NCBI GenBank assembly: GCA_026713745.1 | Contig: JAPONU010000255.1 | Coordinates: 8,371 to 72,370 of the forward strand | Length of the DNA stretch: 64,000 bases | Source of the DNA: a bacterium | GTDB taxonomy: Bacteria; Actinomycetota; Acidimicrobiia; Acidimicrobiales; CATQHL01 | Direction of reading: 5' to 3' | Shown: piece by piece, positions 36,201 through 45,800 of the stretch | Layout of the letters: every line of letters starts with the position of its first letter | How positions within the stretch are numbered: position 1 is the stretch's first letter | The notes under the pieces: model-generated | Databases searched by the model: none | The model's input: the letters and a program-made list of their open reading frames with translations, nothing else | What the model was told of the DNA's origin: nothing | Program-made: the position numbers and the translations under genes

Positions 36201-37228
36201 GAGCGGCAGGCCTCGGCCACGTCCCACAGCCCGTCGGGGATCGGCTTCAGGGCGGCGGTGGCCTCGGCGAGCGGCACGAGCGCGATCCTGCCGGCCTGGA
36301 CCGCCACCATCTGCCCGAACCCTCCCGCGTGGGCAGCGTCGACCGCCGCCACCCCGAAGGAGGTGCACAGCACGCGGTCGAAGGCCGTCGGGGTGCCGCC
36401 GCGCTGGGTGTGGCCCAGCACGGTGATCCGGGTCTCGATACCGGTGCGCCGCTCGATCTCGGCGGCAACGATGGCGCCGATTCCGCCGAGGCGAAGGTGC
36501 CCGTACTCGTCGAGTCCGGGCTCGGGCACCTCCAGGGTGCCTGCGACCGGCCGCGCGCCCTCGGCCACGACGACCACCGAGGACTGGGCGCCATCGGTGT
36601 GCGAGCTGTGCAGTTCTCCCGAGATAGCGGCTATGTCGAAGGGCCGCTCCGGCACCAGGATGGCGGCGGCGCCGCCGGCGATGCCCGCCCACAATGCCAC
36701 GTGACCGGCGTGGCGGCCCATGACCTCGACGACCATGACCCGATGGTGCGACTCGGCAGTGGTGTGCAGCCGGTCGATGGCGTCTGTGGCGGTCTGCACC
36801 GCTGTCTCGAAGCCGAAGGTCAACTGCGTGCCACCGACGTCGTTGTCGATTGTCTTGGGAACGCCCACGAGGGCAACGCCGAGATCGCTGTGCAGCCTCC
36901 GCGCCACACTGAGGGTTCCCTCGCCGCCCACGACGATCAGCGCCCCCACCTCCCGGTCGGCCAGTACCTCGACCACCCGGCCAGGGCCGTCGTCGGTCAT
37001 GTACGGCTGGATCCGGGACGTGCCGAGGATCGTGCCGCCGCGAGACAGGATTCTCGACGCACGCTCGGGATCGACTGGGAACGCGTCATCCTCGACGACT
37101 CCCCGCCAACCGTCCCGGAAGCCCAGCACCTCGTCCCGGTAGCGCCTGGCACCGTACAGGACCACGGCGCGGATCACCGCGTTCAGCCCCGGACAGTCGC
37201 CCCCGCCGGTGAGGATGCCCAGGCGCAC
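36197..37228 (-). CDS. pfkA: 6-phosphofructokinase
   Basis: LGILTGGGDCPGLNAVIRA, VVGGEGTL, PKTIDNDV, MGRHAGH and GHTQRGG. GTG 37228; the ORF-track extension to 37927 is antisense to the aminotransferase gene. Confidence 0.9.
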   Translation of the reverse strand: MRLGILTGGGDCPGLNAVIRAVVLYGARRYRDEVLGFRDGWRGVVEDDAFPVDPERASRILSRGGTILGTSRIQPYMTDDGPGRVVEVLADREVGALIVVGGEGTLSVARRLHSDLGVALVGVPKTIDNDVGGTQLTFGFETAVQTATDAIDRLHTTAESHHRVMVVEVMGRHAGHVALWAGIAGGAAAILVPERPFDIAAISGELHSSHTDGAQSSVVVVAEGARPVAGTLEVPEPGLDEYGHLRLGGIGAIVAAEIERRTGIETRITVLGHTQRGGTPTAFDRVLCTSFGVAAVDAAHAGGFGQMVAVQAGRIALVPLAEATAALKPIPDGLWDVAEACRS

Positions 37229-37233
37229 GGGAC

Positions 37234-38409
37234 TCAGTCCAGCGCGGGCAGGGCTTTGCGCAGGTTCCGCACCGCCTGGCCGATGCGTTGCTCGTTCTCG
37301 ATGAGCGCGAACCGCACGTGCCCCTCGCCGCCGGGGCCGAACCCGCCGCCGGGCGAGGTGGCCACGCGCGCCTCGGTGACCAGGAAGGAGGCGAAGCTCA
37401 CCGAATCCATGTGGCGGTAGGCCTCGGGAATGGGCGCCCAGACAAACATCGTTCCCTTCGGCGGATCCCCCTCCCAGCCGATCCGTGCCAGCCCCTCGCA
37501 GAGGCTGTCGCGGCGGCTCTGATAGGTCTCGTTCACCAGCTTGGGATAGTCGGCCGCCTCGTTGAGCGTCACTGTGGCGGCGATCTGGACGGGCTGGAAC
37601 GTGCCGTAGTCGAGGTAGGACTTGAGTTTGGCCAGCGCGGCGACCGCCTCGGCGTTGCCCACCATGAAGGCCACCCGCCACCCCGCCATCGAGAATGACT
37701 TGGTGAGGGAGTAGAACTCCACGGCCACGTCCGGAGCGCCCTCGGCCTCCAGGATGGACGGTGGCCGGTAGCCGTCGAATGCGATGTCGGCGTAGGCGAA
37801 GTCGTGGACGACGAGCACTTCGTGCTCCCGGGCGAAATCCACCACCCGCTGCATGAAGTCCAGGTCGACACAGGTCGTTGTCGGATTGTGGGGGAACGAC
37901 AGGAGGATGACGCGTGGCTTGGGCCACGAGTACTCCCAGCGCTGGCGCAGAACCTCGTCGAGGTCATCGCCCACCGACAGGGGGATGTGGCGGATCTCCG
38001 CACCGGCGAAGAGCGGCGCATAGAGGTGAATGGGGTACGAGGGTGCCGGCACCAGCACGGCATCACCGGGCTGCAGCAGCACCCACATCAGGTGCGAGAG
38101 GCCCTCCTTGGCACCGATGGTGTTGATGACCTGCGTCTCGGGATCCAATTCGACGCCGAACCGGCGGAGGTACAGGTCCGCCACGGCGCCGCGGAGCTTG
38201 GGAATGCCACGGCTCAGCGAGTAGCGGTGGTTGCGAGGGTTGCGTGCGGCCTCGGCCAGCTTCTCGACAGCGATGTCGGGCGACGGGATGTCCGGATTGC
38301 CGAACCCCAGATCGATGATGTCCTCCCCCTGTCGCCGGCCCTCCACCTTCAGCCGGTCGATCACCGAGAACACGTACGGCGGGAGATTCGATATACGGCG
38401 GAAGTCCAT
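37234..38409 (-). CDS. Class I/II PLP-dependent aminotransferase (alanine/aspartate aminotransferase-like)
   Basis: IIDLGFGNPD, HRYS.SRGIPKLR and PSYPIH, with the PLP-Lys region YSLTKSFSMAGWR and GFG..GEGHVRFAL. Confidence 0.9.
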   Translation of the reverse strand: MDFRRISNLPPYVFSVIDRLKVEGRRQGEDIIDLGFGNPDIPSPDIAVEKLAEAARNPRNHRYSLSRGIPKLRGAVADLYLRRFGVELDPETQVINTIGAKEGLSHLMWVLLQPGDAVLVPAPSYPIHLYAPLFAGAEIRHIPLSVGDDLDEVLRQRWEYSWPKPRVILLSFPHNPTTTCVDLDFMQRVVDFAREHEVLVVHDFAYADIAFDGYRPPSILEAEGAPDVAVEFYSLTKSFSMAGWRVAFMVGNAEAVAALAKLKSYLDYGTFQPVQIAATVTLNEAADYPKLVNETYQSRRDSLCEGLARIGWEGDPPKGTMFVWAPIPEAYRHMDSVSFASFLVTEARVATSPGGGFGPGGEGHVRFALIENEQRIGQAVRNLRKALPALD

Positions 38410-38420
38410 GTGCCCGGAGG

Positions 38421-39413
38421 CTACCGAACGCGCCCGGAGGGTCCGTGCAACTCAGAGGATCCGAGGAGGTCGAGCGCCAGATGTGCTGCCCCGACGACAC
38501 CCGCCCGGTCGCCGTGGAGAGCCTGGCGCACCTCGACGGGAGGTCGCCGGTCCTGCTCGACGTAGACCTCTGAGAGGGCGTCGCGCACCGGCACCAGGAA
38601 CACCTCACCCAGTGCGGACAGTCCCCCACCGAGCACCACCACCTCGGGCGAGACCAGCAGGATCAGGTTGTTGATTCCCAGCGCCACCCAGGAGGCGAAG
38701 TCCCGTAGCAGCCGGCGCGCCACCGGGTCTCGGGCCGTCGCCAGCTCTCCCACGTGCTCACCCCGGATCGATTCGATGCGACCTGCCACCCTGTCCCGCA
38801 GGGCCGGAGCCTTTCCGGCGGCGGCGGCGCTCCGGGCGGCCCGTCCGAGCGCCTCGCCGGAGGCGAGCTGCTCCCAGCAGCCCCGGCGGCCGCAGGGGCA
38901 CTCGGGACCGTCGGGCGCCACGACCATGTGTCCCGCCTCGCCGGCGAAGCCGTGCGCGCCGCGCCTGATCGCACCATCGAGCAGCAGCGCCGCCCCGATG
39001 CCGGTGCCGAAGGCGACGAGCACGGCGTTGCTGACTCCCGCCACCGCACCCCCCTCCATCTCGCCCCGCAGCGCCGCGGTGGCATCGTTGTCGACCGCCA
39101 CGGGGCGGCTGAGACTCTCGGTCAGCAGCGCCCGCAGGGCGAAATCATCGATCGCCGGGATGTTCGGGGAGGTGGATACGACACCCGACCGGTCGACGAG
39201 CCCCGCACAACCCACGCCGATGGCGGCCAGTGGTCCGCCGGCCTCCACTTCCAGCCTCTGGGTCATCTCGCAGATCGCAGCGACGATGCCTGCGGTGGTG
39301 TCGGGGCACACGCAGCGCCGAACTGCGACCTCGTCCCGGGTACCTGTACGGGCAAGCTCCGCCCGGATATTCGTCCCGCCGACATCGAAGCCGGCCACAG
39401 CAGCGACGGTCAT
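38421..39413 (-). CDS. ROK-family sugar kinase (glucokinase-like)
   Basis: GFDVGGTNIR, VDNDATAA, GTGIGAAL, and the ROK Zn motif GHMVVAPDGPECPCGRRGCWE. Confidence 0.85.
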   Translation of the reverse strand: MTVAAVAGFDVGGTNIRAELARTGTRDEVAVRRCVCPDTTAGIVAAICEMTQRLEVEAGGPLAAIGVGCAGLVDRSGVVSTSPNIPAIDDFALRALLTESLSRPVAVDNDATAALRGEMEGGAVAGVSNAVLVAFGTGIGAALLLDGAIRRGAHGFAGEAGHMVVAPDGPECPCGRRGCWEQLASGEALGRAARSAAAAGKAPALRDRVAGRIESIRGEHVGELATARDPVARRLLRDFASWVALGINNLILLVSPEVVVLGGGLSALGEVFLVPVRDALSEVYVEQDRRPPVEVRQALHGDRAGVVGAAHLALDLLGSSELHGPSGRVR

Positions 39414-39489
39414 GGCCGCAGTGCCGGCGCCCGCTCGCGGTCCTCGCTACCGAACGACCCGCTGGGGTGGGCAGCACGAACCGCCGCGC

Positions 39490-39963
39490 TCACCCGTGCG
39501 GCTGCGACTGTCCGGCGCTCGCCGTCTCGATGCGGTTGCGAAGCTCGTCGAGCGCGGTCGCCATGATCCGCGACGCGGCGCGTCGCTTCACGAACCCGGG
39601 TATCGCCACCGCCAACTCCGCTGAGAGCGAGTAGGTGATGAGCGTCTTGGCCCCTTCGTCGCCCGCCGGCGCCAACTCGTACTCCCCGTCGAGGTGACGG
39701 ACCTGATCGCCCTCGGTGAGGCGCCACGCCACCCGCAGCGGGTTGGAGCCGTAGAAGTACTTGAGCGTGTACGTCACGCTGCGACCCATCGCGGCGGCGC
39801 GGAAGGCCACGAGACCTCCGACTCCGCTGTCGTCGCGCCGCAGGACCCGAGCCTCCTTGATGTCGGGAGCCCACTGCGGGTAGCTCTCGAAGTCCACGAC
39901 GACGTCGAAGCATTCCGACGGTGAGGCGTTCACCAGCATCTGGCGCGTCGAGAACTCAACCAT
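39490..39963 (-). CDS. SRPBCC (polyketide cyclase/dehydrase-like) domain protein
   Basis: VNASPSECFDVVVDFESYPQWAPDIKEARVL is a typical SRPBCC/START-like N-terminus. ATG 39963. Confidence 0.75.
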   Translation of the reverse strand: MVEFSTRQMLVNASPSECFDVVVDFESYPQWAPDIKEARVLRRDDSGVGGLVAFRAAAMGRSVTYTLKYFYGSNPLRVAWRLTEGDQVRHLDGEYELAPAGDEGAKTLITYSLSAELAVAIPGFVKRRAASRIMATALDELRNRIETASAGQSQPHG

Positions 39964-40447
39964 TCCGCCTCCGCTCCAGGTGCCCGGCTCGGCTGGGGAA
40001 CTCCCCATGTCCTGCGCCCCAGAGAGCAATCACGCCCAATCCGTACACACCACCAAGAATACCGAACGCGAGCGGGCCAAAGGGGCGAAGGGCGGCTCCG
40101 GTGAGTCCGGCGGCGAATTGCAGACCTACAGCGACCCACAATTCGACACGTACCGAGCGCGGGGCTCCGGGCATCTGCATGAAGACCGCCATGGTCGACA
40201 CCTGCTCGAAGCGGCTCCGCCGCACCGCCACCGCGAACGCCTGCCCGAAACCCAGACTGCCCGCTGCGAACAGCACCAGCGCCACGACCTGGGCCACCCG
40301 ACCGGCCCCCTCCGGCCACGTTGCACCAAGCGCGATGACGACGCACAACACTGCGGTGCCCCCGCGTGAGGCCACCAGCAGCCCCTGGCCGGGAGGCGCC
40401 GCACGGCCGCCGCGACGCACCGGGAGCGTCAACCGAGGGCGCTGCAC
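39956..40447 (-). CDS. Hypothetical integral membrane protein
   Basis: About four hydrophobic segments (AVLCVVIALG, VVALVLFAAGSLGFGQAFAV, VELWVAVGLQFAAGL, FGILGGVYGLGVIALWG). It overlaps the neighbouring genes at both ends, consistent with operon membership. The start is uncertain (40447 or GTG 40375). Confidence 0.45.
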   Translation of the reverse strand: MQRPRLTLPVRRGGRAAPPGQGLLVASRGGTAVLCVVIALGATWPEGAGRVAQVVALVLFAAGSLGFGQAFAVAVRRSRFEQVSTMAVFMQMPGAPRSVRVELWVAVGLQFAAGLTGAALRPFGPLAFGILGGVYGLGVIALWGAGHGEFPSRAGHLERRRNG

Positions 40448-41583
40448 AGGTTCTTGGCCAGCCGGTCGTAGCTGAACTGCTCCTCGGCGCGGTGCCGTGC
40501 CGTCGAGCCCAGGCGGCGACGATGGTCGGGATCGTCAACCAGGGTGGCCAGCGCGCCGGCCACTCCCGCCACATCCCCGGGGTTCGCGACCACCAGCCCG
40601 CTGGCTCCGTGCTCGACGGCCTCGGCCGCTCCCCCGCTCTCGCCCGCCACCTGCGCCACCCCAGCGGCCGCCGCCTCGAGGAAGACGATCCCGAATCCCT
40701 CCTGCTCGAGGCCGAACCAGCGCTTGCGGCACAGCATCGCGAACACGTCCGCCGCTCCGTACAGGTCTGCCAGCTCCCCCTCGCCGACCCGTCCCAACAG
40801 GCGCGCCGGCGCACCGGTCCGGCGCACGAGCCTCTCCAACCTCGGCTTGTCCCGGCCCTCCCCGGCGATGCACAGGCGTAGACCCGGCCTGGCGGGCGCC
40901 AGACGCGCAACCGCTTCGATCAGCCTGTCCATCCCCTTGCGGGGCACCAGCCGGCTGACGCTGAGGACCAGGCTCTCCCCCTCGGCCACCCCGAGGCGCC
41001 CGCGCGCAGCCTGCCGGCGCTCACCGGACTGCGGCACGAAGCGCGCCACATCGACCCCCGGCGGCACGTAGTGCTCGGGGGCCATGTCGGGACACAGGCG
41101 CCGGGCTTCGGAGGCGGCATAGCGGCTGGCGGCGATCACGACGTCGGCGCCCGCCAAGGTGCGCCGCAGCGCGGTGGCGGCCAGCGGCAACCGCGCCGGC
41201 ACCGTCACCTCGGCGCCGTGCAGCACAACTCCGTAGGGCACCTCCAGGCGAGGTCCCAAAGCACCGACGGGGACCGCCGGGTCGAAAACCACCAGTTCGG
41301 CACCGGTCGCGGCGAGCAGCCCGCGAATCTCAGCGAGCACCAACGGCATGGGCAGCAGGAACGAGGCCGCGCTGCGCACGATGGGATAGGCCTCGCCTGC
41401 ATCGAAGTCCGCCGAGTGGGGATGCGGGCGCGTGAGCACGCAGAACCGGTCCGGTGGCAGGCGCCGCCAGAGCTCCCACAGATAGTTCTGGATACCGCCG
41501 ACCTTCGGCGGGTAATCGTTGGTGACCAGGAGGTGCCGGCGCGGGCGGAACTCGCCACCGGATGCGGGGGGCGGCCGGCTCAC
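40429..41583 (-). CDS. GT4-family glycosyltransferase (PimB-like mannosyltransferase)
   Basis: LLVTNDYPPKVGGIQNY, SRLVPRKG and the EX7E-type region EQEGFGIVFLEAAAAGVAQVAG. The GTG at 41583 overlaps the queG stop. Confidence 0.85.
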   Translation of the reverse strand: MSRPPPASGGEFRPRRHLLVTNDYPPKVGGIQNYLWELWRRLPPDRFCVLTRPHPHSADFDAGEAYPIVRSAASFLLPMPLVLAEIRGLLAATGAELVVFDPAVPVGALGPRLEVPYGVVLHGAEVTVPARLPLAATALRRTLAGADVVIAASRYAASEARRLCPDMAPEHYVPPGVDVARFVPQSGERRQAARGRLGVAEGESLVLSVSRLVPRKGMDRLIEAVARLAPARPGLRLCIAGEGRDKPRLERLVRRTGAPARLLGRVGEGELADLYGAADVFAMLCRKRWFGLEQEGFGIVFLEAAAAGVAQVAGESGGAAEAVEHGASGLVVANPGDVAGVAGALATLVDDPDHRRRLGSTARHRAEEQFSYDRLAKNLCSALG

Positions 41584-42674
41584 GAGCCCCGCTCCGGATC
41601 CCTCCCGGCACCGGGGCGACACCCGACGACCGCCCCGGTGGCGTCGTCGGGCTCCATCCCCAGGCGGCGCGCCGCCCACGACGCGTGAGCGGCCAGCATC
41701 GGGTCCGGATGCCCCCGATAGCGCCGCAGCGTCTCGGAGACCTCGGGGTCACCGCCGTCAGCGATGTTGCCCAGCACCACGAGCGCGTTGCGCCGCAGGT
41801 AGCGGGGGTCACGGTCCGGGATGTACCAGCGCCCGTGACGCTCCATCAACTCCTCGTCGCCCGCCGCCAGCAGGTCCAGGACATCCACCGAGGCCTCGTC
41901 ACCGGGATCGGTCGCCTCGGGCTGCCGCCGGTTGGGCGGGCAGACCTCCTGGCAGTCATCGCAGCCGTACAACCGGTCCCCGAGTGCCTCCCGGAACTCA
42001 ACGGGAAAGTCGCCGGTGGCCTGCACCAGCCACGCCAGGCAGCGGCGGGCGTCGACGACCCCGGGGGCAATGATGGCGTCCGTCGGGCAGCCGTCCAGGC
42101 AGCGCCGGCAGGGACCACAGCCGTCGGGCACCTGTTCGACGGCAGGCGGCAGGACCGCATCGGTGACCACCGATCCCAGCACGAACCAGCTTCCCCGCTT
42201 CGCCAGCAGCAGGTTGCTGTTCTTGCCGTAGTAACCCAGACCGGCCCTGCGGGCGGCCTCGCGGTCCACCAGCGCGTTGTCGTCGGCCACGACGACAGCC
42301 CGGTGACCCGCGTCGACCAGGACCCGGGCGACGACGCCGAGGGCGGACCGCAACTCTTCGTAGACGTCGCCGCTGGCGTAGCGGGCCACCCGGGCCATCG
42401 GGCGCCCCGTGGCGGGCCCCGAGGCCGCGGGACGGGCGTAGTTCAGCGCCCCGACGACCAGGGATGCCGCCGCCGGGAGGATCCGCCCCGGATCCGTGGA
42501 GCGCTCGGGATTGCGGTACGTGAACTGCATACCGCCGTGGTGACCTTGCGCCTTGCGCTCTCCCAGAATGCGCCGCGTGCCCTCGAAGACCTCCACCGGA
42601 GCCACACCGACCGCGGTCAGCCCGGCTCGCCGCCCCGCTTCGGAAACCTCGCGTTGCAGACCCGCCGACGTCAT
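41580..42674 (-). CDS. queG: Epoxyqueuosine reductase
   Basis: YYGKNSNLL, two ferredoxin-type Cys clusters (CGPCRRCLDGCPT and CDDCQEVCPPN), and a C-terminal HEAT-like part. ATG 42674 is preferred; the GTG at 42770 is also possible. Confidence 0.85.
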   Translation of the reverse strand: MTSAGLQREVSEAGRRAGLTAVGVAPVEVFEGTRRILGERKAQGHHGGMQFTYRNPERSTDPGRILPAAASLVVGALNYARPAASGPATGRPMARVARYASGDVYEELRSALGVVARVLVDAGHRAVVVADDNALVDREAARRAGLGYYGKNSNLLLAKRGSWFVLGSVVTDAVLPPAVEQVPDGCGPCRRCLDGCPTDAIIAPGVVDARRCLAWLVQATGDFPVEFREALGDRLYGCDDCQEVCPPNRRQPEATDPGDEASVDVLDLLAAGDEELMERHGRWYIPDRDPRYLRRNALVVLGNIADGGDPEVSETLRRYRGHPDPMLAAHASWAARRLGMEPDDATGAVVGCRPGAGRDPERGS

Positions 42675-42813
42675 GTCCCCCGCCGGTTCCTCCCCGCTCG
42701 GGCGGTGCACGGCGCGCGCCGGTGCGAGCCGAGCCGCGCCGTCATGCCCCGCGATACCTGCGGTTGTCACCCCTTGAGCGTAGGCCTCACCGAGACCTCG
42801 ATGGCCTCGACCT

Positions 42814-45800
42814 CTACCCGGAGGCCTCCGTGGCGGCGGTCAGTTCCAGCCGGGCCCGGCGCCGCTGCTCGTAGAGGCCGAGCGCGTGGAGGGGGAAGTA
42901 CTGCCGGTACAGGCCGTAGTCCAGAATCGCCGTGCGGAAGAACACCCCGGACCCGTCCTGGCGGGGCCATCCCCCATTTGACTCCTGGGCGTCCAGCAAG
43001 AACCGGGCGCCCTGGGAAATCGCCGTCCAGTTCGAATCGTCCGCTTCGAGAAGAGCGAGCATCGCCCAGGCGGTCTGGATGATCTGACTCTCGGTATGCG
43101 CCACGTATCGACCGGTCAGGCAGCCGCTGTGGTGCTCGCCCCATCCCCCGTCGGGCCGCTGGCGATCCACCAGCCACCGGCATGCCCGGCGCAGCGCCGG
43201 ATCACCGGGGCGGGCTCCGGCGGCAAGCAGACCTCTGACCCCGAAGAAGGTGCCGTAGATGAACTGAACGCCCCAGACGCCGCGCCAGGACCCATCGCTT
43301 GCCTGGCTCCGGCGGAGCCAGGCCTCGCCCCGTGAGACCGCGCTCGCGACCTCCGGATTCGCGACCTCCCCGAAGTGCTCCGTGCAAGCGGTCAACGCGG
43401 CAAGGCACGACGAGGTGCACTCGACATAGGACCTCTCGGTCATCGACTCACCGAACATCTCAGCCGGGTTCAGCCACTCGAGACCGACCGAAGAGCGCCG
43501 TGCCTCGTAGCTGCCGAACCCTCCGTCGCGGTACTGGCCGCGCAGCATGAAGCGAACCGCATCGCCGAGCACTGCGGTGTTCGCGGCGCCGCAGTCGGCG
43601 GCGAGAATTCCGAGCACCGCTTCCGCTGTGCAGTCGGTCACCGGCCAGCCATGCCAACTCCCGGCGAAACACCAGCCGCCCTTGGGGTCGGTCCGGTAGG
43701 CCTCATGGAATCCTTCGAAGCTGGTATCGATCTGTTGCCGCCCCAGGAAGTCGGTCCCGCGCCGCAGTGCGCTCCCGACGCCGTCGAGGTCCGGCACGGT
43801 CGCCAGCGCCTGCAGGGAGAACCCGGTATCCCACGAGGCGGTTCTGGCTCCGCTGACGCGCGTCCCGCCCTCCTCGTCCTCCCAGATCCAGCCGTCGAGT
43901 CGCGCCAGAGCCTGCTGGCAGTCGGTGTCATTCGGGTCGCGCAGCCACAGGGCGAGAATGTTGAGGAAGCCGCTGACCGGCGAGATGCTCCGGTGGGTGG
44001 TCGTCTGCAATTCCCACTTGATGTGCCGGACGATCGACTCGGTACATCGGGCCCGCAGACCCTCGGTGTGGAACCGTTCGTACCACAGCGCAAGCCCGAG
44101 GCCGGTTCGGAGCCACACACTGGGTCGGGCGAAGAGGTCGCCGTCCCGCAGGCGATTGCGGCCCGCCGTGAAATCCACGTTGTCGAAACCCTGAGGAAAC
44201 AACTCCTCCTGTATGGCGGCGATCGCGGGAGTGACGGGCGCTCGGAACCGGAGCGGGTAGATGGCCGCCATCGCCATGTAGATGAGCCGAGTGTGGCAGT
44301 ACCACTTCGAAGGGTGTATCGCCATCCAGCGTGGCAGGCTCCACAGTTCCGGCAGAACGGCGTTGACACCTCGCCAGTCGTAGAGGCCGACGAGCGCCAG
44401 CCAGAACTTCCCCCAACTCGGGATGCTCAGAACCCCCTCCGCCTGCAGGAATCGCCGGGCCGGTTCGATCAACGGGTCATCCGGCTCGACGCCGAGCAAT
44501 CGCGCCGCGACATAGACCAGGGTGGTGACGAACAGGTGGGGCGATGAGTGCTCGTGCAAACCCCACGAACCGTCTTCGAGGCGGGATCGCTCGAAATAGC
44601 GCAGCACGAGCCGGCGCCGGTCAGGGTCCAACGGCCGTCCCAGAATGTGGTGCAGCAGCACGTACTGCGCGGTGAGCATCGGACACCACGCCATCTCGCT
44701 TTCCCACGCACCGTCGGCACCCTGGAGACTCACCAACCGCGCGCTTGCGTTCTTCAGCGCCTTGCCGGCATCGGGTGACGCGACCTCCTCCGGGCGGCTG
44801 GGCCGGAGCTCCCCCGCTCGTGAGGGCATGGACATCAGGAACCCGCGAGCCAAGGAATCCCGAGCTCGCTGATCCTTCTGTCCGCCGGCGTTGCGCGCCC
44901 TGCGCAACTGCCGAACCCCGCGGAGAACCCACCCGACGCGCACCGACAGCGCCCGCACGATGTCGCGGGCCCGACGCCAGGCGGTTCGGTCGCAGGATCT
45001 CGGAAGCTCGCCGACCATCGCCCGGGTCGCCATCGCCCCACACGCCAGACTCAGACTGGCAATGGATGTGTTCTCACAGGCGAGCAAGCCGATGGTCCGG
45101 TCGCGGACCGTTCGACTCTCCCGCCAGCGCCGGTAGACCGCGTGCCTGAGCGCCACGCTCTCGACTCGATGATCCGCGAAGATCTCGTACAGCCCCATGG
45201 CGAGGAGTTCCGGTGCGCGGGTCGCCCGGAGTCGCCGGTTGGTGAAGTCGCGAAAGTCCCGACCCTCGGCCAGTGCGAGCGCATCACCGAAGCCGAGGGT
45301 CATTCCCACCGCCGTCAGCGGGTGGTAATGCCCGGCCGCATCCCCGATGAGCACCCGCCGTGGGCTCCCGTAGGTGGCGCGCGGCCTCAGCGCATTGGCC
45401 GCAGCGAGGAATCTCCGTGCCCGCAGGGCCTCGAGGAACGCAGGCCTGAGTGTTTCCGGCATCCAGCCGGCGTACGAATCCGACAGCAAGGCAACCAGGT
45501 CCCGCGGTGAGTACCCCAATGGGACGTCGACGATTACCCGGACCGAATCGTCTCCCAGGCGATAGATGAGAATCGGACCCGGCCCGCCGCAGACGACATG
45601 CCCATAGCCCTCCATCGGCAACGTCACCCCGCTCAGTGCGATCCCCATCATCCGCGAGCAGTTTTTCGGACTCGTCCACAGGCCCAATGAGCGCCGCACG
45701 ATCGAGGCGCGGCCGTCCGCGCCGACAATCAGCGCGGCCTCCAGGGATTCGTCGGCACCGTGACGGGTGAACGTGACACGATGTTCTTCGACCGCCCGCA